Assembly (NCBI GenBank): GCA_050290185.1
Contig: JBNKHE010000002.1
Coordinates: 336,385 to 400,384, forward strand
Length of the DNA stretch: 64,000 nucleotides
Direction: 5' to 3'
Source: Pontiella sp.
GTDB lineage: Bacteria; Verrucomicrobiota; Kiritimatiellia; Kiritimatiellales; Pontiellaceae
The translations under genes were made by a program, and so were the position numbers. Shown piece by piece: positions 49,549 through 59,693 of this stretch. The notes beneath the pieces were generated by a model. The model ran no database searches and was not told the DNA's origin. It saw only the letters and a list, made by a program, of their open reading frames with translations. How positions within the stretch are numbered: the stretch's first letter is position 1; every line of letters begins with the position of its first letter.

Positions 49549-50607
49549 ATGTCTTACCCAAACGTAACACACCCATCACACAACAGATTCGGATCCCTGC
49601 GGATCGGCATCGCATCCTGTCTGATGGTCATAAGCGGTGAAGTGTTGGGCGCGTCTGCCGGAACAAACCAGACGCAGGCCGCGGCGGCAATCATCTGGGA
49701 AGAAACGTCCGTTGCCGAACCGGAAATCCAGAGGAACACTATATTCGATACCGTTCAGGGATCCACGAGTACGCACATCGTATGGCTGGCCCGCTGGGTT
49801 GACTCCTTTTTCGACGACCCGGAATATCTCGAAGAAGAAGCCTATGCCCGCGCAACCGTCCAGCAAAACGTTCGATTCTACCGGAACCTCGATCCTGCAT
49901 TCAGCACGCACGTCCGAGCCACGGTCGTGCTGCCAAACCTGAGCAGAAGGTTCAGGTTAAGCTTCGAAGGCAACGATGAGCTTTATTCCGAAGACTATGC
50001 CGGAGGCACAGAGCCGAACATTGCGGATTCAACCAGGGAATCGATCAATGACCCTTCCTTCCGCCTCCTGTATCTCCTCCTCCAGCGACGCGACATCGAT
50101 TTAGGTTTGAGCGGAGGCGTTCGTCTTAATGATTTTGCCTTCTATACCGGCCCCCGGCTTAAGGCGCGCGCCTCTCTCGGATCAGGCTGGGTGGTCAAGC
50201 TAACGCAACGGATCTATTGGTACACGACGAACAACCTGAAATCCAAAACGCAACTCCGCTTTGATCATCTTCTCGGCAAACGCAATCTCTTCCGTCAGTC
50301 CTTCAAAACAGCCTGGGACGAAGATAAACATGAAAGCGTTGGCTTCCGCCATACCACCACTTCCTCCATCACGCAACCGCTGAAGAATAGCTCCGCCCTT
50401 CGTTATGCCTGGTCCTCTGTATACCTGACGCACCCCGACCCCCGATGGACCTCCACCACCCTTTCGGTTGGATACCGGCGGAGCGTCTGGCGGAAATGGA
50501 TCATTCTGGAGGCGGCACCCTTTGTAACATGGGAAGAGCAGTTTCGCTGGAACCCCAAACCGGGCTTTTCGGTTTCACTCAGCACCATCTTTGAAAAGGA
50601 CCAATAA
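49549..50607 (+). CDS. Hypothetical protein, probable outer-membrane beta-barrel
   Basis: GAGGAG RBS; 'A.WVDSFF.D', 'LPNLS.R.RL' and many alternating aromatic beta-strands. Confidence 0.6.
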   Translation: MSYPNVTHPSHNRFGSLRIGIASCLMVISGEVLGASAGTNQTQAAAAIIWEETSVAEPEIQRNTIFDTVQGSTSTHIVWLARWVDSFFDDPEYLEEEAYARATVQQNVRFYRNLDPAFSTHVRATVVLPNLSRRFRLSFEGNDELYSEDYAGGTEPNIADSTRESINDPSFRLLYLLLQRRDIDLGLSGGVRLNDFAFYTGPRLKARASLGSGWVVKLTQRIYWYTTNNLKSKTQLRFDHLLGKRNLFRQSFKTAWDEDKHESVGFRHTTTSSITQPLKNSSALRYAWSSVYLTHPDPRWTSTTLSVGYRRSVWRKWIILEAAPFVTWEEQFRWNPKPGFSVSLSTIFEKDQ

Positions 50608-50608
50608 C

Positions 50609-51232
50609 TCAAAACGGCGCGGGGCATTCAAGCTGGATCGGCTCACCGGAGACAGGATGGTGGAAGGCGAGCGATTCGGCATGAAGCATCAGACGCTCGG
50701 CGGCATGGCCATAGATGGGATCACCGGCAATGGGATGGCCGATGCTTTCCATATGCACGCGCAATTGATGCGAGCGGCCGGTTTTCGGAAAGAGCGCTAA
50801 GCGCGTTGTAGTCTCACCGCGTTCGAGCACCTGCCACTCGGTGACCGCTTTTTTTCCGCGCACACAATCAACCAGATGCTTCGGCGGCAACCGCTGTTCC
50901 ATATCCTTGCGCATGGGATAGTCGACCATTCCGTCGTCCTGCTCGAGAATCCCTTCGACAATGGCGACATAGATCTTTTCGATTTCGCGTTTTTCGAACT
51001 GCATGGAAAGGTTGCGCTGCGCCTCCGGCGAGCGGGCGAAAAGCACCAACCCGGAGGTATCCATATCGAGCCGATGCACCATGAGTGTATCCGGAAAGGA
51101 TTCGAGCAGACGAAGGTAGAGGCAGTCCTGTTTGTCCGGCCCCCTGCCCGGAACCGTCAGCAAGCCCGTCGGCTTGTTCACGGCAATGAATGCTTCGTCG
51201 CTATGGATGATTTCCAACATCCGAATACGCAT
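50609..51232 (-). CDS. RluA family pseudouridine synthase
   Basis: 'NKPTGLL.VPG', 'VHRLDMDTSG', 'TGRSHQLRVH', 'HPI.GD..YG', 'LMLHA'. Confidence 0.95.
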   Translation of the reverse strand: MRIRMLEIIHSDEAFIAVNKPTGLLTVPGRGPDKQDCLYLRLLESFPDTLMVHRLDMDTSGLVLFARSPEAQRNLSMQFEKREIEKIYVAIVEGILEQDDGMVDYPMRKDMEQRLPPKHLVDCVRGKKAVTEWQVLERGETTTRLALFPKTGRSHQLRVHMESIGHPIAGDPIYGHAAERLMLHAESLAFHHPVSGEPIQLECPAPF

Positions 51233-51388
51233 ATCGGAATTTATTCAAGGGCACGATTCCAAAGGCAAAAAACCAGCGAGTGAAAAATCCCTAGACTTTT
51301 ATAATGGATTGTTCCCCCTGACTTTTGTTTATTCGCATCCGACCTTTTTTATAAAACTTTAACCCACGCAAAGAAGGAGCGTAGTTGT

Positions 51389-52927
51389 ATGAAGAAAACA
51401 ATCCTAGCCCTGACCGTCGCCGGCCTGCTTGCCGGATGTTCAAAATCTCCGTCCCCTGCGGCGCCGGCCACAGAGCCAAAACCGATGCACCCCGCCGTCA
51501 GCCAGCTGGATCTGGATGGCGATTTCATTTTGTTCGCCGATACCTCGACCATCGAGAAATCCGTGCTCAACACACTCGACGAAGCGTTCCAGAAGATCGT
51601 TCAGCTTGGGGAGCCGGATGCCGATGAGCTGGCCCAAGCCAACGCCGTCCTCAACAACGTTAAATCCGGGATTATCTGGAGCGGACTGCTTTCGGTCGAC
51701 TCGTTCGCGACGAGTACCAAAACACTGGATAGCGGCCTCGAGCGTAATATTTCCTGCATCGGATTTTCCGATGACGACGCACAGAAAGCCATCTGGCGGA
51801 TCCTTGCTTCTGAACCGGTTGTCCTGCAGGGCATTGATTTTGCACCGGCGGATGCGGTTTATACCGTCAATTCCACCGCCAGCCTGGATGAGCTCTGGAA
51901 TGTGCTCAACGAAGCCTTGAGCGGTTATTTCCCCGAAGAACAGCAGATGCAGATCACTCAGCAACTTGCCATGGTGGAAATGATGCTGGGAGTCAAGCTG
52001 GACGATCTGCTGGGATCGCTTGATCCGGAGATCCTGGTTTCCCTGCAGCTCTCCGAAAGTAAGCAGTGCAACATTCCTATTGAAGGAAAAATGCTCGCCA
52101 TTCCCGAACCGAATCTGATCATCGGCCTGAAGACAAAGGATTCAACGGTGGCGGATTTGATTCTGGCCAAGCTCCAGGGAGCAGGCGTTCCGACCGAGCA
52201 GTCGCAACAAGGAGGCTACACCCTGAACACCATTCAGATCCCCCTACCGGCCCCCTTCCCCGTGGCCCCCACGCTGGTTCAGACCGAAGACTATCTGCTC
52301 ATCGGATCCAGCCCGGCGGCCATCGTTGCGGCACTGGACAGCAAAGCCAACGAAAACGGACTCGTCGCCAGCCCGCTGTATAGGAAACTGCTTGCGGATG
52401 CCCCCGAAAAAACCAGCGGGATCGAGTTCCTTTCCCCCCGTTTCATGCAGGCCTACATGGACATCATGAAACAGTCCATGGGATCCGATATGGGCCAGCA
52501 GGGTCCCGATATAATGAACCTGATGTTCGGAGGCTTTGAGAACATCCAGTGCGGCAGCTATATGCTTAAAACCCCCACCGGACTTTATTCCAAGGGGTAT
52601 GGCGACAGCGGCGGCGCCAAGCCGGTTGAAATGGCGGCAACCGCCTATATCGGCATGATATCCGCGATCGCCGTCCCCAGCTTCCACAAGGCGCGCAGCA
52701 ACTCGCAAGACAAGATGTGCATCAATAACCGCCGCATCCTTGATGCGGCCAAGGAGCAATGGGCTATGGAAAATGCCAAGGTGGACGGGGATGCCGTTAC
52801 CGAAGCCGATGTAGGTAAGTATATCAAAGGAGGCTATTCGGCACTTCAATGCCCCAAGGGAGGAACCTACACCATCGCTCCCGTCGGAAGCTCGCCCTCT
52901 TGCTCGGTTCATGGGTCGATGCGGTAG
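51389..52927 (+). CDS. Lipoprotein with DUF3352-like body and C-terminal type IV pilin-like domain
   Basis: Lipobox 'LLAGC'; C-terminus 'ISAIAVPSFHKAR..SQ..MCINN.R.LD.AKEQWAMEN...CPKGGTY......PSCSVHG'. Confidence 0.78.
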   Translation: MKKTILALTVAGLLAGCSKSPSPAAPATEPKPMHPAVSQLDLDGDFILFADTSTIEKSVLNTLDEAFQKIVQLGEPDADELAQANAVLNNVKSGIIWSGLLSVDSFATSTKTLDSGLERNISCIGFSDDDAQKAIWRILASEPVVLQGIDFAPADAVYTVNSTASLDELWNVLNEALSGYFPEEQQMQITQQLAMVEMMLGVKLDDLLGSLDPEILVSLQLSESKQCNIPIEGKMLAIPEPNLIIGLKTKDSTVADLILAKLQGAGVPTEQSQQGGYTLNTIQIPLPAPFPVAPTLVQTEDYLLIGSSPAAIVAALDSKANENGLVASPLYRKLLADAPEKTSGIEFLSPRFMQAYMDIMKQSMGSDMGQQGPDIMNLMFGGFENIQCGSYMLKTPTGLYSKGYGDSGGAKPVEMAATAYIGMISAIAVPSFHKARSNSQDKMCINNRRILDAAKEQWAMENAKVDGDAVTEADVGKYIKGGYSALQCPKGGTYTIAPVGSSPSCSVHGSMR

Positions 52928-52952
52928 TCTCAACCGCCAAGTACCCTTCAGG

Positions 52953-52981
52953 AAAACGCCGGCATGATCCGGCGTTTTTTT
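52953..52981. terminator. Bidirectional terminator
   Basis: aaaacgccgg-catgat-ccggcgttttttt between convergent genes. Confidence 0.8.
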
Positions 52982-52985
52982 ATGC

Positions 52986-53648
52986 CTACATGTCCAGCAC
53001 GGTTTCGGGATAGACGTGACCGTCGTTGCCAATCTTGAAGACATAGATCAGGCCGGGGCGGAGGCGCTTGTAGACGGCGTTGCCGTAGATGGCCTTGATG
53101 CCGTGGTCGCGCAACGCTTCCGGGTTGTTGGCAAGATCCCAGATGGCGTCCCAGAACATTTTTTGCTCGGGCAGTTTCAACTCATTCAGCAACTCGGCAT
53201 AGCGCACGGGAATGGTGTCGGGCGATTCGATGTCGTACCCTTCGGCCGGGCTGGTGTTTTCGCCGTAGACGCGCCGCCAGAGATAGAGCGACCGCGCCTT
53301 GCCGTCCATGACCATCTGATCCTCGAACGTAACCACCAACGCATCAAAATGAACGATGTCGCCTTCGATTTCGTATTCGCGCTCCAGCAATTTGTGAAGC
53401 ATGTCGTCGCGCGCCGTTTCCACAAATTTAACCGTTGTATAGAGCTTGCCGTCACGCATTTCCTGCTTCGTCACCTTGGCAAATCCAATCTGGTCTTCGT
53501 GCGTGATGGTGGTGATGGCCTTCTTCAGCTTTTCGTTTCCGGCCAGTAGATCGTGCACGGTCTTGGTGCCGTAGAAAAAGGTTCCCGCCACCAGCGCAAG
53601 CACAACAAGAACACAGGTTGTGGTTATGAATTTGAAAACACGTTTCAT
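52986..53648 (-). CDS. Hypothetical protein with N-terminal membrane anchor
   Basis: Start MKRVFKF; single TM then a soluble domain ('FDALVV.F', 'SLYLWRRVYGE', 'AIYGNAVY'); coding-like codon usage. Confidence 0.75.
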   Translation of the reverse strand: MKRVFKFITTTCVLVVLALVAGTFFYGTKTVHDLLAGNEKLKKAITTITHEDQIGFAKVTKQEMRDGKLYTTVKFVETARDDMLHKLLEREYEIEGDIVHFDALVVTFEDQMVMDGKARSLYLWRRVYGENTSPAEGYDIESPDTIPVRYAELLNELKLPEQKMFWDAIWDLANNPEALRDHGIKAIYGNAVYKRLRPGLIYVFKIGNDGHVYPETVLDM

Positions 53649-53851
53649 ACAGAAGGCAATTTCCAGCAAAGGCGCAACTGAGGCAAAGCAAATCTAGAGA
53701 CAATACACTTCGCCATGGATGTGCAGCAGACGTGGAATGCCGGAGAACCGTGTTTTGATGTCGCCTGGTCTGCAGGAACCCGGCGATTGGATCGCAAAAA
53801 TAACGGCATGATGCCCGGGCCGAACCGGCCACACGGCAGATCGGAGATCCG

Positions 53852-54598
53852 TCATGGCGCAGGCTCTTCCATCGGCCGGAAGTCGCGGATCAGGCGAATA
53901 CCATGGGCGTCCAGCGTCACCACCGCGGGACCGGCACCATCGACGTGCGCTCCCAGCGTATAATACGAAGTGCCGTCAATCTGCTTCAGGTCGTCTTCAT
54001 GCCGATGCCCCTGGAATACCGCCTTTACCTTGCCTGAAAGGGATATGACTTCCCGCACTGCGGCATCGTTCGCAACCGAATGGACTCCGGAACAAACAAT
54101 CCGCTGGTGCGATACCACGATCACCGGTTGCAGGGATGCAGCCAACCGGGTTCGCAACCAGTCGATCTGCTCTTCCGGAACAAAACTTTGCCGCCACTCA
54201 AAATTACCCGAGTTGTATTCCGTACCATCCGGTGAAAAGTTGCCGTCCAGGCAGATAAAGGTATGACCGCCGAACTCAAAGTGGAAACGCGAGGGATCAC
54301 CGGCGCAGCCCAGTGCATTGTAAAATTCAGGCTTGGAAAGATGGTCCAGATCATGATTGCCGTGCATGTAGCGGACCGGCCCCTTGAACACCTCGCACAA
54401 CGCCGCCACTTCGCGCAACAGGCGCGTCGCGCTGAAGTCGCTTGTTCCGTTTACCAGATCACCCATGATCAGCAACGCCTCCACGCCTCCATGAGAGAGG
54501 GCCGCCACGGCTTCGTATAAGCGGTTCATGGCCGACATGCTCCCGTCGTAATGGAGGTCGGTCAGCAATCCGATTTTCATTTGTTCCGCATTAGGCAT
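53852..54598 (-). CDS. Calcineurin-like metallophosphoesterase
   Basis: 'TDLH', 'GDLVN', 'GNHD', 'SH', 'GHRH'. Confidence 0.9.
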   Translation of the reverse strand: MPNAEQMKIGLLTDLHYDGSMSAMNRLYEAVAALSHGGVEALLIMGDLVNGTSDFSATRLLREVAALCEVFKGPVRYMHGNHDLDHLSKPEFYNALGCAGDPSRFHFEFGGHTFICLDGNFSPDGTEYNSGNFEWRQSFVPEEQIDWLRTRLAASLQPVIVVSHQRIVCSGVHSVANDAAVREVISLSGKVKAVFQGHRHEDDLKQIDGTSYYTLGAHVDGAGPAVVTLDAHGIRLIRDFRPMEEPAP

Positions 54599-54965
54599 GC
54601 GTGTACTTAAATCGATTTATCCTTCACCGCAAAGTGAATAGTGCAGTAAAGAAAATGCACCAGCCCTGATGGCCCGTGCGCTTTCGCATCGGATTGCTTG
54701 ATGGAAATCTCCTTTCCGACCTCTTTCTGAAGCCGCGTTCGTGAATATTTCAGTAGCAGCAGACAAGCCGCAGATAATTTCTGAATTTTTTTGTGGGAAA
54801 ACTACCCCGTTTTATCGCTTTTATATATAAAGGGGCGTACTTTTCGGTTCCCACAGCGACCAGTGGAATGGATCCGCCGAAACATTTTTTGACCGGAAAG
54901 AACCCTGTAACGAAGGATACAACTCAAGGAATCATCCATATCCATGAGTCGTAGAGAGTCAGCAC

Positions 54966-55277
54966 ATGAAAGATGTTGCCCAGAATATGCGTGCCACAGC
55001 ACGGGCGGGAGAAATCTTCTTCGAAGCCCTTGAATGTGAAACCGAGGATGAGCAAAAAGCCTTTATTAAAAACGCCTGTGCGGATGATGCCGGGCTGAAG
55101 CAGGAAGTTGACCTGCTTTTCGAGTCCCGCACCCAGGCAGAGGATTTTTTTGAGGATGAAGCGCTCATGGAGATTTCCGCCCAGGACCTATTAAACGCCC
55201 TTGCCAATCTCCGGAAACCTGAACCCGAGCATTTCAAGGGAACGAACGAGCATCAGCAAAGGCCCCCATCTGCATAA
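54966..55277 (+). CDS. Small protein resembling the N-terminal helical module of PVC/Acidobacteria Ser/Thr kinases
   Basis: 'EIFFEALE...EQKAFIKNACADDAGLKQEVDLL......EDFFE' matches the F..AL..R.AFL..AC.GD..LR.EVE.LL...FL pattern; no kinase domain follows. Confidence 0.65.
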   Translation: MKDVAQNMRATARAGEIFFEALECETEDEQKAFIKNACADDAGLKQEVDLLFESRTQAEDFFEDEALMEISAQDLLNALANLRKPEPEHFKGTNEHQQRPPSA

Positions 55278-55280
55278 GAA

Positions 55281-55305
55281 CGGGGCAGGCTTATGGCCTG
55301 CCCCG
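55281..55305. terminator. GC-rich hairpin between convergent genes
   Basis: cggggcaggc-ttatg-gcctgccccg; only a weak T-tract. Confidence 0.6.
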
Positions 55306-55330
55306 CTCGTAATCCCGATTTTGAATTCGG

Positions 55331-56659
55331 TTAGATGTACTGGTTGATGATGGACTCGTAGAGTTCCTGTTTGCCACTGATCTGTTTGGGCTCTCCGGCT
55401 GCGGCTCCGATGGACGCGAGCTCTTCGAGGGTCAGCTTGCCGGCCGCGAAGTCGGCGCCTTTTCCTTCACCGAAGGTGGCATAGCGCTCAGCACGCATCT
55501 TCTTGTACGGCGATTTCGTGAGAACCGCATCAGCCACAACCAGTGCACGGGCAAAGGTGTCCATGCCGGAAATGTGAGCGATGAAGAGATCTTCGAGATC
55601 GGTTGAGTTGCGGCGGATCTTCGCGTCGAAGTTCGTGCCGCCGCCCTGCAGGCCGCCGGCTTCGAGGATGACGAGCATCGCTTCGACGGTTTCGCGGATG
55701 TTGACCGGGAACTCGTCGGTGTCCCAGCCGTTCTGGTAGTCGCCGCGGTTGGCGTCGATGCTTCCGAGCATGCCGTTGTCGGCGGCCACCTGCAGTTCGT
55801 GCTGGAAGGTGTGCTGCGCGAGCGTGGCATGGTTGACTTCAATGTTGAGCTTGAAGTCGTCCGCCAGGCCTTGGGCGTTGAGGAAGCCGACCACGGTGTG
55901 GGCGTCGACGTCGTACTGGTGCTTGCTGGGTTCGGCCGGCTTGGGCTCAATGAAGAAGTTGCCCTTGAAACCCTGTGCGCGGGCATAGTCGCGGGCCATG
56001 CGCAGGAAGTTGCCGAAGTTGTCGAGCTCCTGTTTCATGTTGGTGTTGAGCAGGCTCATGTAGCCTTCGCGTCCTCCCCAGAAAACGTAGTTTTCACCGC
56101 CGAGCTTGATCGTGGCGTCGATGGCGTTCTTCAACTGCGCACCGGCATAGGCGACGGTGCCGAAGTCGGGATTGGTGCCGGCGCCGTTCATGTAGCGCGG
56201 GTTGGAGAAGAGGTTGGCCGTGCCCCACAGCAGCTTGACGCCGGACGCATCCATTTTGTCCTTGGCATAATCTGTGATCACCTCCAGGTTTTTGGAAAAT
56301 TCGGCGAAGCTCGCGCCCTCTTCGGCGATATCCGTGTCGTGGAAGCAGTAGAACGGAGCGCCGATCTTGGTGATGAATTCAAACGCGGCGTCCATTTTGT
56401 TCTTCGCGCGGGTTTCGGCGTCGGCACCTTCGTTCCACGGCATCGGGCGCGTAGCCGCGCCAAACGGGTCGGCCCCGCCGCCGCAGAAGGAGTGCCAGTA
56501 GGCGATGGCGAAACGTAGGGTTTCCTTCATCGTCTTGCCGCCGACCACGGCGTTTTCGTCGTACCACTTGAAGGCCAGCGGATTGTCGCTGTCGCGACCT
56601 TCGTAGGCGATCTTGCCGATGCCCTTAAAATATTCGGTGTTTCCAGTTACAATGCTCAT
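55331..56659 (-). CDS. xylA: Xylose isomerase (class II)
   Basis: '[11 protein letters not shown]', 'FHDTDI', 'WGGREGY', 'IEPKP.EP.KHQYD.D', '[10 protein letters not shown]', 'GWDTDEF', 'NFDAK.RR'. Confidence 0.98.
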   Translation of the reverse strand: MSIVTGNTEYFKGIGKIAYEGRDSDNPLAFKWYDENAVVGGKTMKETLRFAIAYWHSFCGGGADPFGAATRPMPWNEGADAETRAKNKMDAAFEFITKIGAPFYCFHDTDIAEEGASFAEFSKNLEVITDYAKDKMDASGVKLLWGTANLFSNPRYMNGAGTNPDFGTVAYAGAQLKNAIDATIKLGGENYVFWGGREGYMSLLNTNMKQELDNFGNFLRMARDYARAQGFKGNFFIEPKPAEPSKHQYDVDAHTVVGFLNAQGLADDFKLNIEVNHATLAQHTFQHELQVAADNGMLGSIDANRGDYQNGWDTDEFPVNIRETVEAMLVILEAGGLQGGGTNFDAKIRRNSTDLEDLFIAHISGMDTFARALVVADAVLTKSPYKKMRAERYATFGEGKGADFAAGKLTLEELASIGAAAGEPKQISGKQELYESIINQYI

Positions 56660-56713
56660 TTCTATCTCCTTTTCAGGTTTCTGTGTTTCAAGTTTACAGT
56701 TTCAAATTTCAGC

Positions 56714-58105
56714 TTAGCCCTGCATGTCTTCGAGTTCGATGCCCTTGGTTTCCTTGACATATTTCAGCACAAAGACGAACGAGATCAGCGCGCAGACCGC
56801 ATAAATCGAGTACGCGCCGCCCAAGCCGATTCCGGTCAGTAGCATCGGGAAGGTCATGGTGATGGCAAAATTGGCCACCCACATGGAAATGCCGCTGACG
56901 CCAAGCGCCGAACCCCGGAACTGGTTGGGGAACATCTCCCCGAGCAATACCCAGACGACCGGACCCCAGGAAAAGTTGAAAAAGATGACGTAGAGATTGG
57001 CTGCAATCAGCGCGATCAAGCCGGAACTTCCCTGAAGGAGAAGGTTTCCATTCTCATCCATGCCGGCCCGGCTGAAGATGACCGCCATCACGCCCAGCGT
57101 AATGACCATGCCGACAGAACCGATCAGCAGCATCGGCTTGCGGCCCATGCGGTCAATCGCGATAATCGCCGCTATACAAGCGCCGATGCTGACCGCACCA
57201 CTGATGACATTGATCAAAAGGGCATCGGACTCCCCGAATCCGGCGGCCTGCCAAAGCACGGATCCATAATAGAAAATAACGTTGATGCCAACAAACTGCT
57301 GGAAGGCGGCAAGAATGATTCCGATCCAGACAATCGGCCGGAAGCCGAACTTGCCGAGAATATCGCGAAAACGCGGATGATGATCCGAGACCAGCGAGGA
57401 CTCGATTTCGTCATATTTTTGCTGCGCCCCGGCTCCCATGAGCTTTCCGAGCACCTTGACGGCCTGCTCCTTTTTGCCGGAAGCTACGAGATAGCGCGGG
57501 CTTTCAGGAATCAGCAGCAGCGCAAAGAAAAAGGTTACGGCCGGAATCAGCTCAACCCAGAACATCCAGCGCCAGGCTTCGAAGTTCCAGGCAAACATAT
57601 CGAGCGAACTACCGGCCTTGTGCGCGATGGCATAATTGCTGAGAAAGGCGAAAAAGAGTCCGCTGATGATCGCCACCTGCTGGATCGATGAAAGCGTTCC
57701 GCGATACTTCGCCGGCGCGACTTCGCTGATGTAGGCCGGCGCGAGCACCGAAGCAGCCCCCACGGCCAGACCGCCGAGCACCCGGTAAACCATGAATTCA
57801 GCCGGATTCCCCGCAACGCCCGATCCCCAGGCGCTGATCGTGAAAAAGACCGCCGAAACAAGCAGGACATTGCGCCGGCCAAAACGGTCGGCCAGACGGC
57901 CCGCCGCGAAAGCACCGGCCGCACAACCGAGCAGCATGGATGCCACGGCAAACCCGGTCACCACGCTATCCGACTGAAACGCGGTCTTCAGTCCGTCCAC
58001 CGTGCCGTTGATCACGCCCGAGTCGAACCCGAACAGAAAGCCGCCGATGGTTGCCACCAGCGTGATGAGAATCACAAAACCCGTCTTATGCGTTGTCTCC
58101 GACAT
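56714..58105 (-). CDS. MFS sugar porter (probable xylose:H+ symporter)
   Basis: 'GGFLFGFDSGVING', 'ADRFGRR', 'PESPR', 'FQQFVGINVIFYY', 'SWGPVVWVLLGEMFP', 'ETKG..LE'; lies between xylB and xylA. Confidence 0.93.
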   Translation of the reverse strand: MSETTHKTGFVILITLVATIGGFLFGFDSGVINGTVDGLKTAFQSDSVVTGFAVASMLLGCAAGAFAAGRLADRFGRRNVLLVSAVFFTISAWGSGVAGNPAEFMVYRVLGGLAVGAASVLAPAYISEVAPAKYRGTLSSIQQVAIISGLFFAFLSNYAIAHKAGSSLDMFAWNFEAWRWMFWVELIPAVTFFFALLLIPESPRYLVASGKKEQAVKVLGKLMGAGAQQKYDEIESSLVSDHHPRFRDILGKFGFRPIVWIGIILAAFQQFVGINVIFYYGSVLWQAAGFGESDALLINVISGAVSIGACIAAIIAIDRMGRKPMLLIGSVGMVITLGVMAVIFSRAGMDENGNLLLQGSSGLIALIAANLYVIFFNFSWGPVVWVLLGEMFPNQFRGSALGVSGISMWVANFAITMTFPMLLTGIGLGGAYSIYAVCALISFVFVLKYVKETKGIELEDMQG

Positions 58106-58108
58106 GAC

Positions 58109-59593
58109 CTACCCCTTTTGTTGAAGTACCTGTTCCAAATGCTTCTTCCACTTCGCGTAGGCTTCCGCATACGCCCCTTCGCCCGGCTCGATAACCTTGC
58201 GTTTTTCCAGTTTCGAAAACGCTTCCTCGAACGATCCATAAAGTCCCGCGCCGATGCCCGCGCCGCGCGCCGCGCCGAGGGAACCGTCGGTTTCGTACAG
58301 TTCGATGGTCGCACCGCTGACACCGGCAAGGGTCTGGCAGAACACATCGCTCATGAACATGTTGGCGAATCCGGCGCGAATGGTTTTCAGCTCGATGCCG
58401 GTTTCGGCCATCACTTCCATGCCGTACATGAAGGAGAAGACGATGCCTTCCTGCACCGCGCGGCAAATCTGCGCCCGGGAATGACGGTTGAAGTCGATCC
58501 CTCCGACCTGCGCGCCGACGTTGCGATTGCCGAGTACGCGCTCGGCCCCGTTGCCGAAGGGAAGAATCGTTACGCCGTCGCTGCCGACCGGAACCGATAC
58601 GGCCAGCTCGTCCATTTCCTTATAGGAGATGTCTCCGAGCAGGCGCTTGATCCAGGCATTCAAAATTCCGGTGCCGTTGATGCAGAGCAGCACGCCCAGA
58701 CGCGGATCGGCGGCGGAATGGTTGACGTGCGCGAAGGTGTTGACGCGCGATTGCGGGTCGTATTTCTTCGCGTCGGTCACGCCGTAGACCACGCCGGAGG
58801 TTCCGGCCGTTGCGGCGATCTCGCCGGGATTTAGCACGTTGAGCGAAAGCGCGTTGTTCGGCTGGTCGCCGCCGCGATAGGATACCGGCGTGCCGGCAGC
58901 CAGACCGAAATCGGCGGCGGCGGACTCGGCCAGTGTTCCTTGGATGCCGAATGTCGGAACGATCTTCGCGAGCAGGGATTTATCGAAGCCGAAATGGTCG
59001 AGCAGGAATTGCGCAGGCTCCTCGGCCTTGAAATCCCAGAACATGCCTTCGGACAAACCGGAAGCAGTAGTGGCGGCTTCGCCGGTGAGCTTCATGGCCA
59101 GCCAGTCGCCCGGCAGCATGATCTTGTCGACCTTCGCGAAAATCTCCGGCTCGTTTTCCTTCACCCACGCCAGCTTGGCGGCGGTAAAGTTGCCCGGCGA
59201 GTTCATCAGATGGCCGAGGCACTGTTCGGCACCGAGGGACTCGAAGGCAGCCTGGCCATAGGGAACGGCGCGGGAGTCGCACCAGATGATGGACGGGCGC
59301 AGTACTTTTTGATCCTTGTCGACGCAGACGAGCCCGTGCATCTGGTAGGCGATGCCGACGGCCTTGACGTCTTCCGGCTTGGCTTCCGCTTCGCGCATGG
59401 TATCGAGGACGGCATCGCGGGCGCAATCGTACCAGCACTGCGGATCCTGTTCGGCGAAACCCGGCTGCGGCGAATCAATTTTCTGTTCCGATTTCGGATA
59501 GAATGCGCTTCCGGCGCAGGTTCCCGTAGCCACATCCAGCAGCGACGCCTTCACCGACGAACTGCCCACATCAATACCCAGTAAATATTCCAT
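58109..59593 (-). CDS. xylB: Xylulokinase
   Basis: FGGY kinase 'LGIDVGSSSVKA', 'YQMHGLV', 'IIWCDSRA', 'GDQPNNA', 'AGTSGV'; co-operonic with xylA. Confidence 0.93.
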   Translation of the reverse strand: MEYLLGIDVGSSSVKASLLDVATGTCAGSAFYPKSEQKIDSPQPGFAEQDPQCWYDCARDAVLDTMREAEAKPEDVKAVGIAYQMHGLVCVDKDQKVLRPSIIWCDSRAVPYGQAAFESLGAEQCLGHLMNSPGNFTAAKLAWVKENEPEIFAKVDKIMLPGDWLAMKLTGEAATTASGLSEGMFWDFKAEEPAQFLLDHFGFDKSLLAKIVPTFGIQGTLAESAAADFGLAAGTPVSYRGGDQPNNALSLNVLNPGEIAATAGTSGVVYGVTDAKKYDPQSRVNTFAHVNHSAADPRLGVLLCINGTGILNAWIKRLLGDISYKEMDELAVSVPVGSDGVTILPFGNGAERVLGNRNVGAQVGGIDFNRHSRAQICRAVQEGIVFSFMYGMEVMAETGIELKTIRAGFANMFMSDVFCQTLAGVSGATIELYETDGSLGAARGAGIGAGLYGSFEEAFSKLEKRKVIEPGEGAYAEAYAKWKKHLEQVLQQKG

Positions 59594-59693
59594 TCAAACC
59601 CTCTCCACTAAAATTCGATGGTGCAATGTTTCACATTTGCTAAACCAGCGCCTTGAATATAATCCCAATATTTAGCACTATATTACCACCCGT

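Noticed and set aside
54599..54965. Possible sRNA or ECF promoter in the ~370-bp intergenic region
   Set aside because: No clear structure, terminator or recognisable consensus.
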